Assembly: GCF_006345805.1 (NCBI RefSeq)
Contig: NC_042998.1
Coordinates: forward strand, 53,134,001-53,198,000
Length of the DNA: 64,000 nt
Direction of reading: 5' to 3'
Source: Octopus sinensis
Lineage: Eukaryota
Of this stretch, positions 1 to 12,880 are shown one piece after another. Positions within the stretch are counted from its first letter, which is position 1; every line of letters starts with the position of its first letter. The notes below the pieces were generated by a model, which made no database searches, was not told where the DNA came from, and saw only the letters and a program-made list of their open reading frames with translations. Both the position numbers and the translations under genes were made by a program.

Positions 1-1009
1 ATTTCTAGCTATTATATTGATTTTTATCATTTTCTGATAAACAATCCTAGATCACAGTCAATATAGGTTAATTTCTTTAAAATTAAAAATAAATAAATAA
101 AATAAAAATGAACAAAGCGTAAAGTAATATAACAGCTGGTTAAAACCTAGCAATTCTAGTGTTGGCAAGAAAATTTTATTTTTATTTATTTATTTATTTC
201 CTTTTTATTTTATCTATTTTTTTTTGAGAAAAGTTATCAAAAATATTTTTTTAAATTCTACATATCAAACAATACTTTAGGAAATTGGTTCTTGTAAGAG
301 GCAGCTTTCAGTGTAATAAAGTCATGTAGATGTTAAAAATATTAAATGTCTGTATAAGACATGAAATTTCATCGCGCACCAGTGATTTTAGTTATAAGAA
401 AACAAAAATAAATAAATTCAAACAAAAGCAATAGATAGTAAACCAGTCACTTGGAATCAGCAGATTCACTGAGTTTGCTGTGATATTCCAGTAATTTCTA
501 TTTCCTTTCACAGAACAGAGAAACAGACTCCTAAAGTTAGTGTTGTTGTTGCTGTAGCCATCGTTTTCAATACTTCCTAACATTTGAAATTTGTTGAACT
601 GTGGCTGGAAAATAATTGAAATGGTTGTAACCATCTGCTTCTTTTGAATATTCATTAATGGAATCAGGAAAATGTCTGAAGAAATATCATTTGCTTGTTA
701 GATTTTCTTTTTCATCTGAACTCAAGTTCCTCATTATAGTCTATCATTATTATAGATGAAATACTTATAAAACTTTATCTTCATTATAGTTTCAATGCCT
801 ACTTTTCTATGATTTCCATAAGTTGGACAGGTCTGCAGTATAACTATGAACATTCTTAATATTATTTAATATCACCTGTGACACCCACATCTTCCTTGAT
901 CTTTCTACTATCAGGTACCTCCCACTATCAGAATAGAGAATTTCTTCATTAAATAGGTTACAACCATTCACATTAAATTTCCATACCAATACTATGGACA
1001 TGTTATTAG

Positions 1010-1240
1010 AATGTTGCAGGAAAGATTCACAAGATGTATTCTTCAAGCCAAGCCAACTGGTAGGAGACCTAGGAGTAGACCAAGAACAAGAAGGGTGGAT
1101 AATTTCCACAGTTTCAGTTGGTCATGCTTGGGAACCCAACCAGAAAGTCTAGTGACAGCTGTTTCTGATAGGACCCAATGGAGAAGGTGCCTGAGAACTC
1201 TACTTCCATGATGCTCCCAGAAACAGTGAATTGAGAAGAT
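1010..1240 (+). mobile_element. Decayed RTE-clade LINE, 3' end of ORF
   Basis: Translation KPTGRRPRSRPRTRRVD...AVSDRTQWR matches the RTE C-terminal G-x-R-x-RGRP...W...A-x-DR-x-x-WR motif. A similar remnant lies at ~53790-53980. Confidence 0.55.
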
Positions 1241-1737
1241 GGATGGAACACTAATGGTACAGGTGTACTTATGCTTTCATTTCTAATTCAGAACCAAAAT
1301 GTTAAAGAAGTTAATATAAAACTAAGTAAAGAACAAAATTCAAAGAAATTGGTGATGTATGCGTTAGCAACAATTAGTCAATAAATGAAACCGTAGAGTC
1401 AAATAAGTTCAGTTATTGTGAGAGGTGAATAATCTAACATTTCAGGCCTTCAGCTGAGATGGAGAGGATGGGTGTGGGGTGTGGGTGGGAGCGTCAGTCA
1501 TTTGTGATTAAAGTGACAACACTTTATCTTTCTCAGGGCAAGAGTCTGGAACATTAGAATGCTCACTGCTCATGGCAACTGAACTTATTGACCTCTGTTA
1601 TGAACTCCCCTATATCAATATAAGTTATATAAATCAAGAGGAAATCAATAAGTCATATAAGTTATAGAAAACTTTTACAAAATCCAGAAATATCAAAGAA
1701 CTGAAGAAAATTTAATACCAAATAACACAAATAGGCA

Positions 1738-2122
1738 CAGGCATGGCTGTGTGGTAAGAAGTTTGCTTCCCAACCACATGGTTCTGGGTTCAGTCCCACT
1801 GTGTGGCGGCACCTTTAGCAAGTGTCTTCTACTATAGTCTTGGGCCAATCAAAGCCTTGTGAGTGGATTTGGTAGATGGAAACTGAAAGAAGCCCATCAT
1901 GTATATGTGTGTGTCTGTGTGTGTGCCTTTGTTTGTTCCCTATCGTCACCTGACAACCAGTGTTGGTGTGTTTACATCCCATAAATTAATGGTTCAGCAA
2001 AGAGACCAATAGAATAAGTACTACGCTTAAAAAAAGTTCTGGGATCAATTTATTCGACCAAAGTCCATCAACGTAGTGTTCCAGTATGGCCACAGTCAAA
2101 TGACTGAAACAAATAAAAGAAT
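1738..2122 (+). mobile_element. SINE family A (tRNA-derived head, central microsatellite)
   Basis: Head tggctgtgtggtaag...gggttcagtcccact (A/B-box-like), body gccttgtgagtggatttggtaga, tail cagtcaaatgactgaaacaa. More than 15 copies in the window. Confidence 0.85.
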
Positions 2123-2384
2123 AAACGATAAATATATACTTCAGGTTTTCATCTGAATGGTGAAGCTCTTATTTATTAAGTGGACATACCTCTAATTTAA
2201 CTACAAATAATAAAAACAAACCAAAAAGACCAAAGCATTTGGCTCAAAAATAAAAGCCTAAATATTTATTAAGAAAATGCTCAGATCTGTCTTGTTTGTT
2301 ATATGAATCAACAACAAATTCTCTATATTGTCATTTTATCTGATATATTGGCAGTGAAATATCCTGTGTATCTCACAATATTAT

Positions 2385-3053
2385 TAATACGAGCTGGCCC
2401 TGTGCCAGAAAAAATGATGGCTAATTGAGGTATTTTATATATAAATAAGGTACAAAACCAAGTTTTTAGTTTCATAATTCTCATATTACCGAATTTACAA
2501 TATATCTTTCAACTGCAGTCGTTTTATATTCTTGATACACTCAGGCAATAATTATTTTCTCTTATGAGTTTGTATATGTATATGTTTGTGTAGGTGTGTG
2601 TGATTGTAATAATTATTTTTAACAAAACTGATAGAATATGGATGGTAAATCAAATTAATACACTTGTCAATGCTATCTAGTGGTTGTCTTTTGAGATGTG
2701 ACATCCATCATCGTTTGTTACTGAAAGAATGCTGGTTCACACATACATTCACATACTTCTCTTGTACACACATACACATACTCACAGAGTTGAAACACAG
2801 TTTGATTTTTCTTTTCAGCGTCGAATGTTCACCATCTCACTTCCATTGCACACACACACACAAATATTCACATACCTCCCTTTTACAGACACACACATAT
2901 ACTCACACAGAGTTGAAATACTGTTTGATTGTTTTTGTTTTCACTATAGAATTTCCATCATCCCACTACCAAGTTTGCCATCACTCCTTCCTTCCTTCCT
3001 TTCTCATTCATATGTTGTGACAGAGAAAAATACAAGAGTATTGTTATAATAGA
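2385..3053 (+). mobile_element. Possible non-autonomous Helitron/Helentron-like element
   Basis: Starts after ttaata, has internal ~120-bp repeats (ctcacagagttgaaa...), and ends gacagag...ttataatagat. Assigned by terminus resemblance only. Confidence 0.3.
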
Positions 3054-3379
3054 TAAAAAAAAACAGTGAAGAAAACATTAAATAAATAAAAAAAAAACAT
3101 GATGGCCATGGCTGAAATATCTTTGATCAAAGTCCTGCATACTTAGTGCTAACCAGGTTCTAATGAACAATAACAAAAAAATGATTATCCTAAGATTTAC
3201 CTTAAAAAATGTGAAACAAACTTCAAGTAGATCAGATAATTCATTGCAGGTTTACAGACCAGGATATCAAGCATAATGGCCTTGTTTAGAAAGTGCTAGA
3301 TGATATGAAGAATATCTGAACTTACAACTTCTCTAGTCAACTCAAGATGAGAATCTATAACTCTTTAGCATTCAGATTA

Positions 3380-3510
3380 CTCTGTCAAATGACCATACCA
3401 GTGCAATCGTCTCTCTTGCACACCACATCTGACACCTTTTCTGCCCAACTTTTCTCTCAAGATGCTTACACATTGCACAACCAGTGGAGCAATTGGGCCT
3501 CATCAAGAAA
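3380..3510 (-). mobile_element. RTE LINE ORF fragment
   Basis: Reverse complement aligns by eye to 49610-49700 (ttgagagaaaagttg...tgtggtgtgcaagagagacg...tggtatggtcat). Confidence 0.75.
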
Positions 3511-3596
3511 TGAATTTCTCAAGACAAGCTTCTTCACTTAAATGTATATTTTGTATATATGTTTGACAATTTTTGAGGTATTTGTTTCACAAGGGA

Positions 3597-3842
3597 TCAT
3601 CATCATCATCATCATCGTCGTTTAGCGTCCGTTTTCCATGCTAGCATGGGTTGGACGGTTCTACTGGGGTCTGTGAAGTCAGAAGGCTTCATCAGGCCCA
3701 GTCAAATCTGGCAGTATTTCTACGGCTGGATGCCCTTCCTAACGCCAACCACTCCGTGAGTGTAGTGGGTGCTTTTTACGTGCCACCCGCACAGATGCCA
3801 GACAGAGCTGGCAAACGGCCACGAACGGATGGTGCTTTTTAT
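3597..3842 (-). mobile_element. RTE LINE 3' terminal fragment with (GAT)n tail
   Basis: Near-identical to the reverse complement of 50780-51002, including one 62-bp repeat unit. Confidence 0.85.
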
Positions 3843-5067
3843 ACATTATATAGATATTATCACCATCATTTATTGTCTACTTTATCATGTTTGCATGGCT
3901 GAGATGGAATTTGTTGTAGTAGATTTTTTAGTTAGACGCCCTTCCTGCTGCCAGCTCCCACCTTTATCCAGCAAGGTAATATTTTCCCCACAACTTGACA
4001 TGACTTTCAAGAAAGACTGGAAACAATGACAGTGATGTTCATTTACACCCTCATTATTCCAAGTTTTAATTGTCATGTATAGTGTTTTGATTGATTCTGT
4101 AATAAGAACCAGACTGACAAAATGCTGATGTTCCATTCAACATCATGTCATGAAATATTTGGTTGTCTGACAGAAAAAAATAAACAGAAAAAAGAAGCCA
4201 CTGACACACTCATGTCCTCAGCTATTGATCCTATTTTTAATTCTTTCATTCACAATGCTTTGGTTCTTGACCTTATATGTAGCCTAGTTTAACACACTAC
4301 CAGCTCGACTTTGGTTACCTTTAACAGCATCCACTTTATAGATTTGAAGGTAATTTGGCTGCTATTTCTATGAGGTCTCAAGCAGATGGATAACACCCTC
4401 TTTTCTTCTTTTCAGTCTTGGAAGCCATTATAACGGTCATAGGACTTCTCTTTAAGGATCACTATCTCTTGAAGATCTTTAAAAGGGTTATAGAAACTTT
4501 CCTTCCTCCTCTGAAGACATAAAAATGGTATGAACATACTCTCAAATCATTTATCAATGCCTTGTTTTTCTATTTTACAAGCCTGTAAAACACAGAACCT
4601 TATCACAGATTCTTTCAACATATTGCAATATATTGCCAGATGTTATGTGTTCTTTGCTAAAAATCTTCCTTTACAAAGTGGTATGGTATTTGTGTTTATA
4701 TTTTCATCTATCATTAATAATCCTTTCTCTGTAAATAAACAGATGTCAAAGGTTATAATTTTTAGCATCATATTTCATTATTGATTTATTTTGTTATCAT
4801 TTTATCTTTTATTGATCAAGTTTCACTATAAACATTAAAAACATCGATCAAACAAATGTCAAATAGTTTTCAAAAGAGATCTTTCTGCTTGTCCCTCAAC
4901 TCAACATCAAGTATAAACGGCTTTGAAAGAAAATACTAAAATACATTATTCAAAAGTAAGTTTCTATTCTGAAATTTTCACATCACCCTTTCAGCTGTTA
5001 CTGTCTTCAACATCTCAGCAGGCTCCAGATAAAATTTTTAAAAGTTCAACACTTTATGAAGTCACAT

Positions 5068-5296
5068 TTAACACTTTAGCATATAAAACGGCCACATCCA
5101 ACCCAAATATCTTATTTGTTTCACGATTGAATAAGCCAATTCTGACATCTCACAACTACCCTACAAAATCATTCTAAAAATATACAATCACTTCATTGAA
5201 ATTTTGAAAGATGCAAGGTGGTACAGGATTAATTCAAAGCAATGTGAATAAATAAGTATTAATATATTCAGAATAATCTGAATATCAAAGGGTTAA
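5068..5296. mobile_element. piggyBac-type MITE (family 1)
   Basis: TTAA-flanked termini ttaacactttagcat...aatatcaaagggttaa. Relatives at ~22440-22630, 22891-23504, 32389-32604 and 52900-52996. Confidence 0.6.
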
Positions 5297-5531
5297 AAAG
5301 AATCAAATTTAAATTGGAGAGCTAAGCAGAACTTATAGATATAATATTACATAAATTGTTTTCCTGAAAGCAGTCATGGATATGTATCTATCTAGTGCAG
5401 ATATGGCTGCATGGTTCAGTAGTTTCCATTACAACCACATGCAAACATCGGGTAGATCTCTTCTACATTGACTCCAAGCTAACCAATACCTTGGGAGAGA
5501 ATTTCGAAGACAGAAACTGTAGAAAGGCCAT

Positions 5532-5592
<61 letters not shown>

Positions 5593-5625
5593 GTGTAGAT
5601 AGATAAATAGATAGATAGATAGATA

Positions 5626-5780
5626 AGTTTCTTTATTGGCCACACAGGGCTGCACACAGATGGGACAAGTTACAAGGTAGAGCTTTTCTTTTGGGGAAGA
5701 AAAAAAAAAGGTGGCGTAGGTTTTTGATCAAAAGGGATCGTAAAAGGGAAAAAAGAAAAAAAGAAGAAAAAAAGGAAAAG
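5626..5780 (-). mobile_element. Short 3' end of Tx1-like LINE inside a (GATA)n array
   Basis: Matches 27619-27770 (tttctttattggccacacagggctgcacacaga...ggtagagcttttctttt). (AGAT)n on both sides. Confidence 0.85.
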
Positions 5781-5832
<52 letters not shown>

Positions 5833-5899
5833 GACTAAGCACTTAAATGCAAAACAAGGTGGAAGAAATAATACTCAACTACCGAAGGTAGATTAATAT

Positions 5900-6045
5900 G
5901 CTTTTATTAAGCTGAAAATAATATTCACAAGCTGTTATTTAGTGATTCATATTACCATTTGTTGATTAGTTGTAACTGTCAATGAATGGTAACATGAAAC
6001 TCTGAGTAAAGATTTTCTAAAGATTTTCTCAGCTTTAATAAAAAT
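5900..6045. repeat. Imperfect fold-back, probable decayed Penelope-type pLTR
   Basis: ttttattaagctgaaaa pairs with ttttctcagctttaataaaa. Contains GAAAC-tctga-GTA, but the CUGANGA box is degenerate. Confidence 0.4.
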
Positions 6046-6058
6046 ATAAATATATATA

Positions 6059-6458
6059 CTAGCTTAAAAGTTCGCACGGAGTGCAGACTTTTAAGCTAGC
6101 TCCTGTGGAGGGCTAATTGGGCCAGAAACCCAAAACTAAAGAAAGCAATGATAATAAAGCATTTATTGGTACCCTACCAATATGGTATTGCTTTAAATTC
6201 AGTTTAAATGAAAAATTTGTTAGTTAACAAGTTTTTGGAGTTCCTTTAAAATTTGAACTTTCAACTGTTAGCATATAACAAATCTTCATCTAGATCTGTT
6301 CTCAATGCTGGATGTTCAAGAACCAAATGAAGGGCACATTTTCAATCCTAGGATCATCATGATTCCAAAATGGTATAATATGTCTGTGTAGAACAAATGT
6401 AGACCAAGATACAAAATTCCTGGATGGACAGAGGGACAGACAGAATTTCACGTTTATC

Positions 6459-6462
<4 letters not shown>
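6059..6462 (+). mobile_element. Helentron/DINE-like non-autonomous element
   Basis: 5' hairpin ctagcttaaaagt...gacttttaagctag, 3' (gaca)-type tract, both ends in (TA)n. Confidence 0.4.
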
Positions 6463-6496
<34 letters not shown>

Positions 6497-6519
6497 GATG
6501 CATTACATGTATCGTTTAT

Positions 6520-7285
6520 CTTTGATCTTTTACTTGTTTCAGTGATTTGACTGTGGCCATGCTGGGGCACTGACTTGAAGAATTTTAGTTGAACAAATCA
6601 GCTGCACTACTTATTTTCATTTTTATGTTTTTGATCCTGGTACTTTTTCTATTGGTCTCTTTTGTTAACCTGCTAAGTTACACAGATGGAAAAAAAAGAC
6701 ATTGTCAAGAGGTGAGGAGGGGGACAAATACAGATAGAAAAACCCAAATAGATATATGACAGGTTTCTTTTATTTTCCATCAACCAAATCCACTCACAAA
6801 ACTCTGGTTAACCTAAGACTAGTAGAAGACACTTGCCCTAGGTGGCATGTAGTGGGACTGAATCCAACACTGTATGGTTGGGGAGCAAACATCTTACCAT
6901 AGAGCAATGCATTACCAACTATCTTTATCTTTATTTTTTGCTTGCTACAGTCATTGGACTATGGCCATACTGGGTTTTAGTCAAACAAATCGACCCCAGT
7001 TCTTTTTCTTTTTTTAAAATCAGTTGCTTTTGTCAAACTGCTAAGAGGCAGGCATGTAAACAAACTAACACCACTTGTCAAATGATGGGGAGTTACAAGC
7101 ATACACACACATATGTGCATCAATACACAAACAATAGGTTTCTTTCAGTTTCTGTCTACCAAATCCGCTCAGAAGGTTTTGGTTGGAAAGAGGCTATAGT
7201 AGAAGCCACTTGCCCTTGGTGCAACACAACAGAACTGAATCCAAAACTATGTGGTTGGGAAGTAAGCTTCTTACCATACACACAC
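6520..7285 (-). mobile_element. Two adjacent SINE family A copies
   Basis: Reverse complement of family A tail, body and head, twice. Confidence 0.75.
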
Positions 7286-7879
7286 CGTATAAGTTAAGAA
7301 AAATTGAAATTTAGTTCAACAGAAATAACTACCCATTGATCTAACCAATATGTCTTGTTATTTGTAAATTAATTTGCAAAAATAATCTGTCATCTTGTGT
7401 CAATTTATTTTTTCCATTTTTTTTTAATTAAAATGATTTTTTCAAAATTTATAATTACATTTCTTTTAATAAATGTAATTAACTTTGTTTAAGTCAGCAT
7501 CATCAACATCAAAGAAATAGCTGTTAGTCGACGATTATCAGATATGTTTTCAACCGACATGTCGGACAAGCAGAAACAGACATTAGAAACCATCACACAG
7601 GACTATATTAGTGATACAAAGTTTTAACACTAATTTCAAAAGTAATTTTCATTTTATTCATTTATTTATTCACTTATTTTATCATCTTGCTTTCTAGCCA
7701 AGATGATCCTTCATAGGCATTCCTTTTAAATTTAGTGACAGGGAAGGAGAGAGGAATGTATCCTCAAATTGGAAGCCTTGCCTAAAAGCTTGCAAAACAA
7801 TGGACTTTACAAAAGGCACCCAAGGTGTCAGGTGGTGATGCCAAACTAAGCAGTAGATGCTAAGTCTACCAATTAATAA

Positions 7880-8085
7880 TGGTTTCTGATTTTGGTGCAA
7901 GGCCAGTCATTTTTGGGGAGGGGTAAATTGATTACATCAAACCCGTTGATCAGCTGGTCCTTATTTTATCAACTCTGATGAAAGGCGAAGTTGACCTCTG
8001 TGGAATCTGAACTCAGAATGCAAAGACAGATGAAATGCCACTAAGCATTTTGCCTGTTGCAGTGATGATCCTGCCATCTCACCAC
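7880..8085 (-). mobile_element. SINE family B
   Basis: gaaaggcgaagttgacctc...gaactcagaa...ctaagcattttgcc, homologous to 56975-57205. Further copies at 8520-8850 (+), 21500-21710 (+), 22650-22850 (-) and 42640-42790 (+). Confidence 0.75.
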
Positions 8086-8129
8086 CCTAGCCTGCCAATT
8101 AATAATAGTTCATGTAATGAATAAAGGCA

Positions 8130-8435
8130 AAGAACCCCTTTGGTCATGAATGACCATGAGATTGCACTTAAAAATTTCCACTCCAAGGCACAAATCTGAG
8201 CAAGGTTGTTTATGGAAGACCAGCAGTCACCCATGCATACCAGCCTCCTCTCTTGATGCCACTGAGAAAGGCAAAGGCCAATGCAGCTTGGCACCAGTGA
8301 CATCACAATTCATTCCTTGGTGCAACTTGAAATAGTGTCTTGCTCAAGAACACAACACTGCCTGGTTCAGGAATCAAACTTGCTACTTCATGAGTGTGAG
8401 CCTGTTGCTCTAACAATGGAACCATGCACCTTCAC
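8130..8435 (-). mobile_element. SINE family C
   Basis: Homologous to 11249-11588 (gtgtcttgctcaagaacacaac; gcagcttggcaccagtga). Confidence 0.75.
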
Positions 8436-10123
8436 ATGTAAGCTCATGTAAACTATTGTTATTATAATCATACATATCATCAGTGTTATCTTCCTCATAA
8501 CTCATTATTATCACAATTGAGATAGTGAGCTGGCAGAAATGTTAAAGCAGCAGAAAAAAATACTTCATACTTCTATATTCAAAGACTTCAAATTCTGAGT
8601 TCAAATCCCACCAAAGTTTACTTTGCCTTTTGTAAGGCAGTGAGCTCAAAGAATTGTTAGCAGATTGCACAAAATGCTGCTAAGCATTTTGTCCATCTGT
8701 GCATTCTGAGTTCAAATGCCCCTGAGGTTAACTTTGCCCTTCATCATTTCAAGGTTGATAGAATAAGTATGAGTCAGGTACCGGGGGAGTGAGATGTAAT
8801 TGACTAGACCCACCCCTCAAAAATTTTGCGCCTTGTGCATATAGCAGAAAAAATTATAATCAGAATTGCTTTATTACCATGGCATGACAAACAAGCATGT
8901 AGTGTCTTTCATACTAAATTGCATAACATTACAAAGAACTTTTATTCAACACTATAAATTAGGTTGATTTCATAAAGCATCAATGAAGTTCAACACTATA
9001 GAATAATTAAATCTTTAATGTTTGACATAAACCTGTAAAAATGCAACACACAGTGTGCAAATTCAATACAGCAGAGTGTGAAATTGATTTAAATTGTGTA
9101 AAATACCATTTTAAAGAGCAGATATTCAATGTTTATTGCATGTAGAATCCATGCTAACATGCATAAAGGCAACACTAAGGTGCAAAATTGCAATCTAATG
9201 TGTATACAGGTTTTTTAATGGAATAATCAATCAATATTCCTGTAGGATATTTAAAGCATAGCATATATTACTAATATGCACATATGGTGTGAGCTACAAT
9301 AGTAACACTGTACTATATATTTTTAAGTAGTTCTCATTGGTCTACATAGTATAGTGCAATTCTTTTCAAAATTAGCGATTTCAAAAAAAAAATACTGACC
9401 CATTGTAATATGTGATAGAGATTATGTGTTATGTTGATGTATATATAAAACTTCACTATATAGCTTCGGGTTGATTTTTACTCTCTCTCTCATATATATA
9501 TCATCATTATTATTTAAAGTTTATTTTCTATGCTAGCATGATTTGGACACCTTGATAGGAATCGGCAAGGCCAGGGACTGCACAAGGTTCCATAGTCTGT
9601 TTGGCTTCATTTCTATAGCCAGATGCTCTTCCTAATGCCAACCACTTTACAGAGCGTACTGGGTGCTTTTTATGTTTGACTATCACCAGTTTATCTCTCT
9701 ATCTATCTATATATTACATACATATACATACATATATACACATGTACATATATACATACATATATATACATATGTACATATATACATATATATGTACATA
9801 TATGTATACATATATATACACACATATATATATATATATATATAGAAATACAGATATATATATATGTATGTATATATAAAATTAATTAAGGGTAGAAATT
9901 GATATTTATCAATTAAGACCAGTGGTCTAGCATATTAAAAAAGAATCCGAAGATTAAAATATTTATATATACCAATTAAGGACTGAACACGAAAAGTGGA
10001 CAGTCAACATGCTAGATATAGACGTCAAATCGCCATTCACCACAAAAGATTATGTTCTCAGATCAAACTCAGCACAAAACCATAGCAATAAACAAGTGAA
10101 AAATATACGAAATAAAATAATTA

Positions 10124-10187
10124 CCCATGTACTAATTAGTTTCAGCTGTTATTTTCCGCAAGGAAAACTGCAGCCATCATCAGCATG
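10124..10187 (-). ncRNA. Type-I hammerhead ribozyme (inverted copy)
   Basis: Near-identical reverse complement of 10618-10681. Confidence 0.8.
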
Positions 10188-10617
10188 GTCCGTATATTTT
10201 TCACTTGTTTATTGCTATGGTTTTGTGCTGAGTTTGATCTGAGAACATAATCTTTTGTGGTGAATGGCGATTTGACGTCTATATCTAGCATGTTGACTGT
10301 CCACTTTTCGTGTTCAGTCCTTAATTGGTATATATAAATATTTTAATCTTCGGATTCTTTTTTAATATGCTAGACCACTGGTCTTAATTGATAAATATCA
10401 ATTTCTACCCTTAATTAATTTTATATAAATAAATATGTTCTCTAACCGATAAATTGACTGCTGCTAATTATTAGCTGCAGGCTAGTTTTCTCGGGCCTCA
10501 ACGCGCCAAAGTAAAGACATTTGAAAGATATATTCAAATGTAATAGGCTGAACTCCATGCATGCGATATTTCGGTATCGTGTTTGCATCTAGTCCAGCAA
10601 ATTACATTTATAACGGA

Positions 10618-10681
10618 CCATGCTGATGATGGCTGCAGTTTTCCTTGCGGAAAATAACAGCTGAAACTAATTAGTACATGG
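10618..10681 (+). ncRNA. Type-I hammerhead ribozyme
   Basis: ccatg-CTGATGA-t-ggctg..ttttcc ttgc ggaaaa..cagct-GAAAC-taatta-GTA-catgg. Stem I ccatg/catgg, extended stem II, palindromic stem III, GUA cleavage triplet. Confidence 0.85.
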
Positions 10682-10838
10682 GTAATTATTTTATTTCGCA
10701 TATTTTTCACTTGTTTATTGCTATGGTTTTGTGCTGAGTTTGATCTGAGAACATAATCTTTTGTGGTGAATGGCGATTTGACGTCTATATCTAGCATGTT
10801 GACTGTCCACTTTTCGTGTTCAGTCCTTAATTGGTATG

Positions 10839-10906
<68 letters not shown>

Positions 10907-10955
10907 CATATATACATACATATACATATATACATACATATATACATACATATAC

Positions 10956-11000
<45 letters not shown>

Positions 11001-11004
11001 CATT

Positions 11005-11248
11005 AGTTACATTTGACGGATATTTGTTTTCATCTTGTTTGTTGTTAACACAGCATTTCAGCTTATGTACCCTCCAGCCTTCATCAAGTATCTTGGGGAA
11101 ATTTTGAGCCCAGTTTCGAAATTTCCTCAAGACACCTGATGAAGGCTGGAATGTATATCAGCCGAAACGTTGTGTTAACAACAAACAAGATGAGAACAAA
11201 TATGCATCAAATCCAAATAATGTACAAAATTCCTCATCTCTTAAACAT
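11005..11248. mobile_element. Fold-back Penelope-type element
   Basis: Arms ~11010-11104 and ~11118-11212 are diverged inverted repeats. The right arm holds a hammerhead. Confidence 0.75.
11131..11176 (+). ncRNA. Minimal type-I hammerhead ribozyme
   Basis: gacac-CTGATGA-a-ggctg-gaatgtatat-cagcc-GAAAC-GTT-gtgtt. Stem III is only the ACGT palindrome. Confidence 0.75.
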
Positions 11249-11588
11249 CGGGGGGACCCCCTTCGGTCACGACACTGACCATGGGATTGCACCTAGAAAG
11301 TTACCCTCCTAATCGCAAGTCTGGGCAAAGTGGTTTATGGAAGGCCAGCAGTCGCCCATGCATACCGGCCTCCCCTCTCCACGCCACCAGTGTTATCCAA
11401 GGGAAAGGCAGCAGCCGATACAGCTTGGCACCAGTGAGGTCACAACTCATTTCTACAGCTGAGTGAACTGGAGCAACATGAAATAAAGTGTCTTGCTCAA
11501 GAACACAACACGCAGCCCGGTCAGGGATTCGAACTCACAACCTCACGACGTAAGCTCGACGCTCTAACCACTGAGCCACGCGCCTTCA
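11249..11588 (-). mobile_element. Full-length SINE family C with 11-bp target-site duplication
   Basis: tRNA-like head (minus) tggctcagtggttagagcg...gagttcgaatcc. TSD ctcttaaacat at 11238-11248 and 11589-11599. Confidence 0.9.
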
Positions 11589-11632
11589 CTCTTAAACATA
11601 GAACTGTATATACACACACACACACACACACA

Positions 11633-11669
<37 letters not shown>

Positions 11670-11670
<1 letters not shown>

Positions 11671-11920
11671 TATCTTTGCTAAGTTATGGAGACACAAAGA
11701 CACCAACGCCAGTTGCCAAGTGGTGGTAGGAGGACAAATATAAACACAAACACAGATATATAAAATATATATAAACAACAGACTTCTTTCAGTTTCTGTC
11801 TACCAAATCTATTCACAAGGCTTTGGTCAACTTGAGACCATATTAGAAGACAATTGCCCAAGGTACACACAGTGGGACTGAACCCAGGACCATGTGTTTG
11901 GGAAGCAAACTTCTTACGAC
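11670..11920 (-). mobile_element. SINE family A (partial)
   Basis: ctttcagtttctgtctaccaaatc...cagtgggactgaaccca. Confidence 0.75.
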
Positions 11921-12559
11921 ACAAACACATATGTGAGTATAGGTTGATGTGTAGTCATATCTGTGCAATGAATATAAGTTCCTGTACTTTATTCAGGAAA
12001 ATGAAAAATTATTTTTTATTTATTTATTATTTGGTCCATTTAAATGTCATTGGAAATAAGTGTTTTATTTGTAGGTATTTATGAAAGCAAACAACTGGAA
12101 ACAACATACGTCTAATTTGATATGTTCTTTTTAGCTCTACTCTTATGATGTCAAGGAAAAGGAAACAAGTAATGTTCAAGAATGATAGTTTGTTTAATCA
12201 ACCAACAAACTATGCTTCAACAATTTCTACAAAACAATCTAATCCAGCTCTGTATGGAATTTGGTAAAAAAAAAAAAAGATAAATAAATAAGTAAAATGG
12301 AAGTGAAATACCTAATAAAATGGTGAGGAAAAGTAACAATGTTTAACTAAGTATGTTTTATATGTGTTACACATCAAAAAATGTCATCTTTTTTTTAATG
12401 ATTTTTGTGGTGATATCATGTTCTTGTTTTAGGTGTTTTGACAGAGGTCAGTTCTGAGTAAGTAGACTTATGATCAATGGTTGTCCAGCTATAATCATGC
12501 AGTCAAGTTCGGTTGTAGGGGGGGGGGTCCACACAATATGTTTAGAACCAGATTGACAA

Positions 12560-12880
12560 ATACATCCTTTCTTTAAGATCACAGAATGTCATTTGAGAGT
12601 GATTTGGTTGCTATTTCTGACACATTCTGGAGCCTGATTATCCAATGTGCCCATTGATTAAGATGGTACAGTGTGATTTGAGGGCGATTTTGCTGCCATT
12701 TCTTTAAAATTTCTGGAGTACAATTATTCAATGTTTCCTATGATTAAAATAGTAGAGCATGATTTGAGGGAGATCTGGCTGCTATTTCTTACAAGTTTTG
12801 GAGCTCGATAATCCAATGTATCTTTTGTATAAGATACAAAGTGTGATACGAGGGACATTTTGCTGTTATTTCTTACTTGT
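12560..12880. repeat. Diverged ~88-bp tandem repeat, 4 units
   Basis: Recurrent aagat...tgtgatttgaggg.gattt.gctgctatttct. The same motif is dispersed at ~4340, 47890, 52750 and 57240. Confidence 0.65.

Larger units (their letters stand above)
9873..10835 (+). mobile_element. Non-coding Penelope-like/retrozyme element: inverted segment plus partial tandem of a 506-bp unit
   Basis: Arms 9873-10109 and 10191-10427 are apparently perfect inverted repeats. 10191-10330 recurs directly 506 bp later. Two hammerheads; both ends in (TA)-type microsatellite. Confidence 0.85.

Noticed and set aside
392-680. Possible terminal exon on the minus strand
   Set aside because: Two alternative frames look equally plausible, no homology was recognised, and no upstream exon could be linked.
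10534-11130. 198-aa minus-strand ORF
   Set aside because: It runs across two different repeats and a microsatellite, is antisense to the ribozyme, and has no protein motifs.
11515-11588. tRNA gene
   Set aside because: The A/B boxes belong to a SINE head continuous with a repeat body and TSD. The acceptor stem is incomplete.
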